DNA of 9,671 nucleotides from a virus (Duplodnaviria; Heunggongvirae; Uroviricota; Caudoviricetes): IMG/VR virus record IMGVR_UViG_2526164667_000039; one strand, 5' to 3'. Shown piece by piece: positions 9,425 to 9,671 of this stretch (position 1 is its first letter; each line of letters starts with the position of its first letter). The notes under the pieces were generated by a model. It saw only the letters and a program-made list of their open reading frames with translations, ran no database searches and was not told where the DNA came from. The position numbers and the translations under genes were made by a program.

Positions 9425-9517
9425 TTTGTTCTCCACGTATATGCGCTGCACCGCGCTGAATTCTGGTAAAAAGAATCCCTCACCATCCGGCGATTATTGA
9501 GTAAATTACGTTTCCAT

Positions 9518-9539
9518 AAATGCCCCCGCAGGGGCATTT
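9518..9539 (-). terminator. Perfect 9-bp GC-rich hairpin (AAATGCCCC-4 nt loop-GGGGCATTT), a possible intergenic terminator or RNA-stability element
   Basis: It lies 13 nt downstream of the stop of the partial upstream gene and about 95 nt upstream of the HD-hydrolase start. The arms are exactly complementary. Only a short, interrupted U-run follows on the minus strand, so terminator function is uncertain. Confidence 0.3.
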
Positions 9540-9551
9540 GCAGTAATGAAA

Positions 9552-9671
9552 TCAGGCGGTGAAAGTACCAATAAAGGTTTCTACTTTGCTGTCCTTGAAT
9601 TTCTCAACAAGCAGATCACGAAATTCGTTAGCCATTTCTTCCTGCACCGCCTCCAGCTGAATAATGCGCAG
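9552..9671 (-). CDS. 3' end (39 codons) of an upstream prophage gene whose start lies beyond the window
   Basis: The minus-strand frame is open from the window edge to TGA 9554-9552, reading [39 protein letters not shown]. It is on the same strand as the rest of the operon. No start codon is in the window, so it is absent from the ORF track. Confidence 0.4.
   Translation of the reverse strand: MRIIQLEAVQEEMANEFRDLLVEKFKDSKVETFIGTFTA

Noticed and set aside
9425-9517. Possible sigma-70 promoter upstream of the HD-hydrolase gene
   Set aside because: Only weak hexamer candidates (TTTACT, CATATA) with poor spacing were found; no convincing -35/-10 pair, so no promoter is called.

Overview
This window is the integrase-proximal arm of a decaying lambdoid-type prophage that abuts a truncated fimD usher gene. 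The native prophage genes all lie on the minus strand in one tightly packed array: partial upstream gene, HD-domain hydrolase (YfdR-like), three tandem Ea22-like paralogs, a PD-(D/E)xK-like protein, a hypothetical protein, a DUF4222-like protein, a 44-aa small ORF, an excisionase-like protein and the integrase. Two insertion sequences interrupt this array, each landing exactly at a gene junction: a complete IS2 (3083-4413, 1331 bp, 5-bp target duplication CCGCG) and an IS21-family IS100-like element (6948-8900, 1953 bp, 5-bp duplication CGTAA). The integrase and istB each carry a frameshift. I saw no rRNA, tRNA or CRISPR array. The most plausible candidates for undescribed biology are the nuclease-fold gene pair at 2444-4924 and the mosaic Ea22-like array, but both remain hypotheses. 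All family names come from motif recognition and memory; no database search or computation beyond manual translation was possible.
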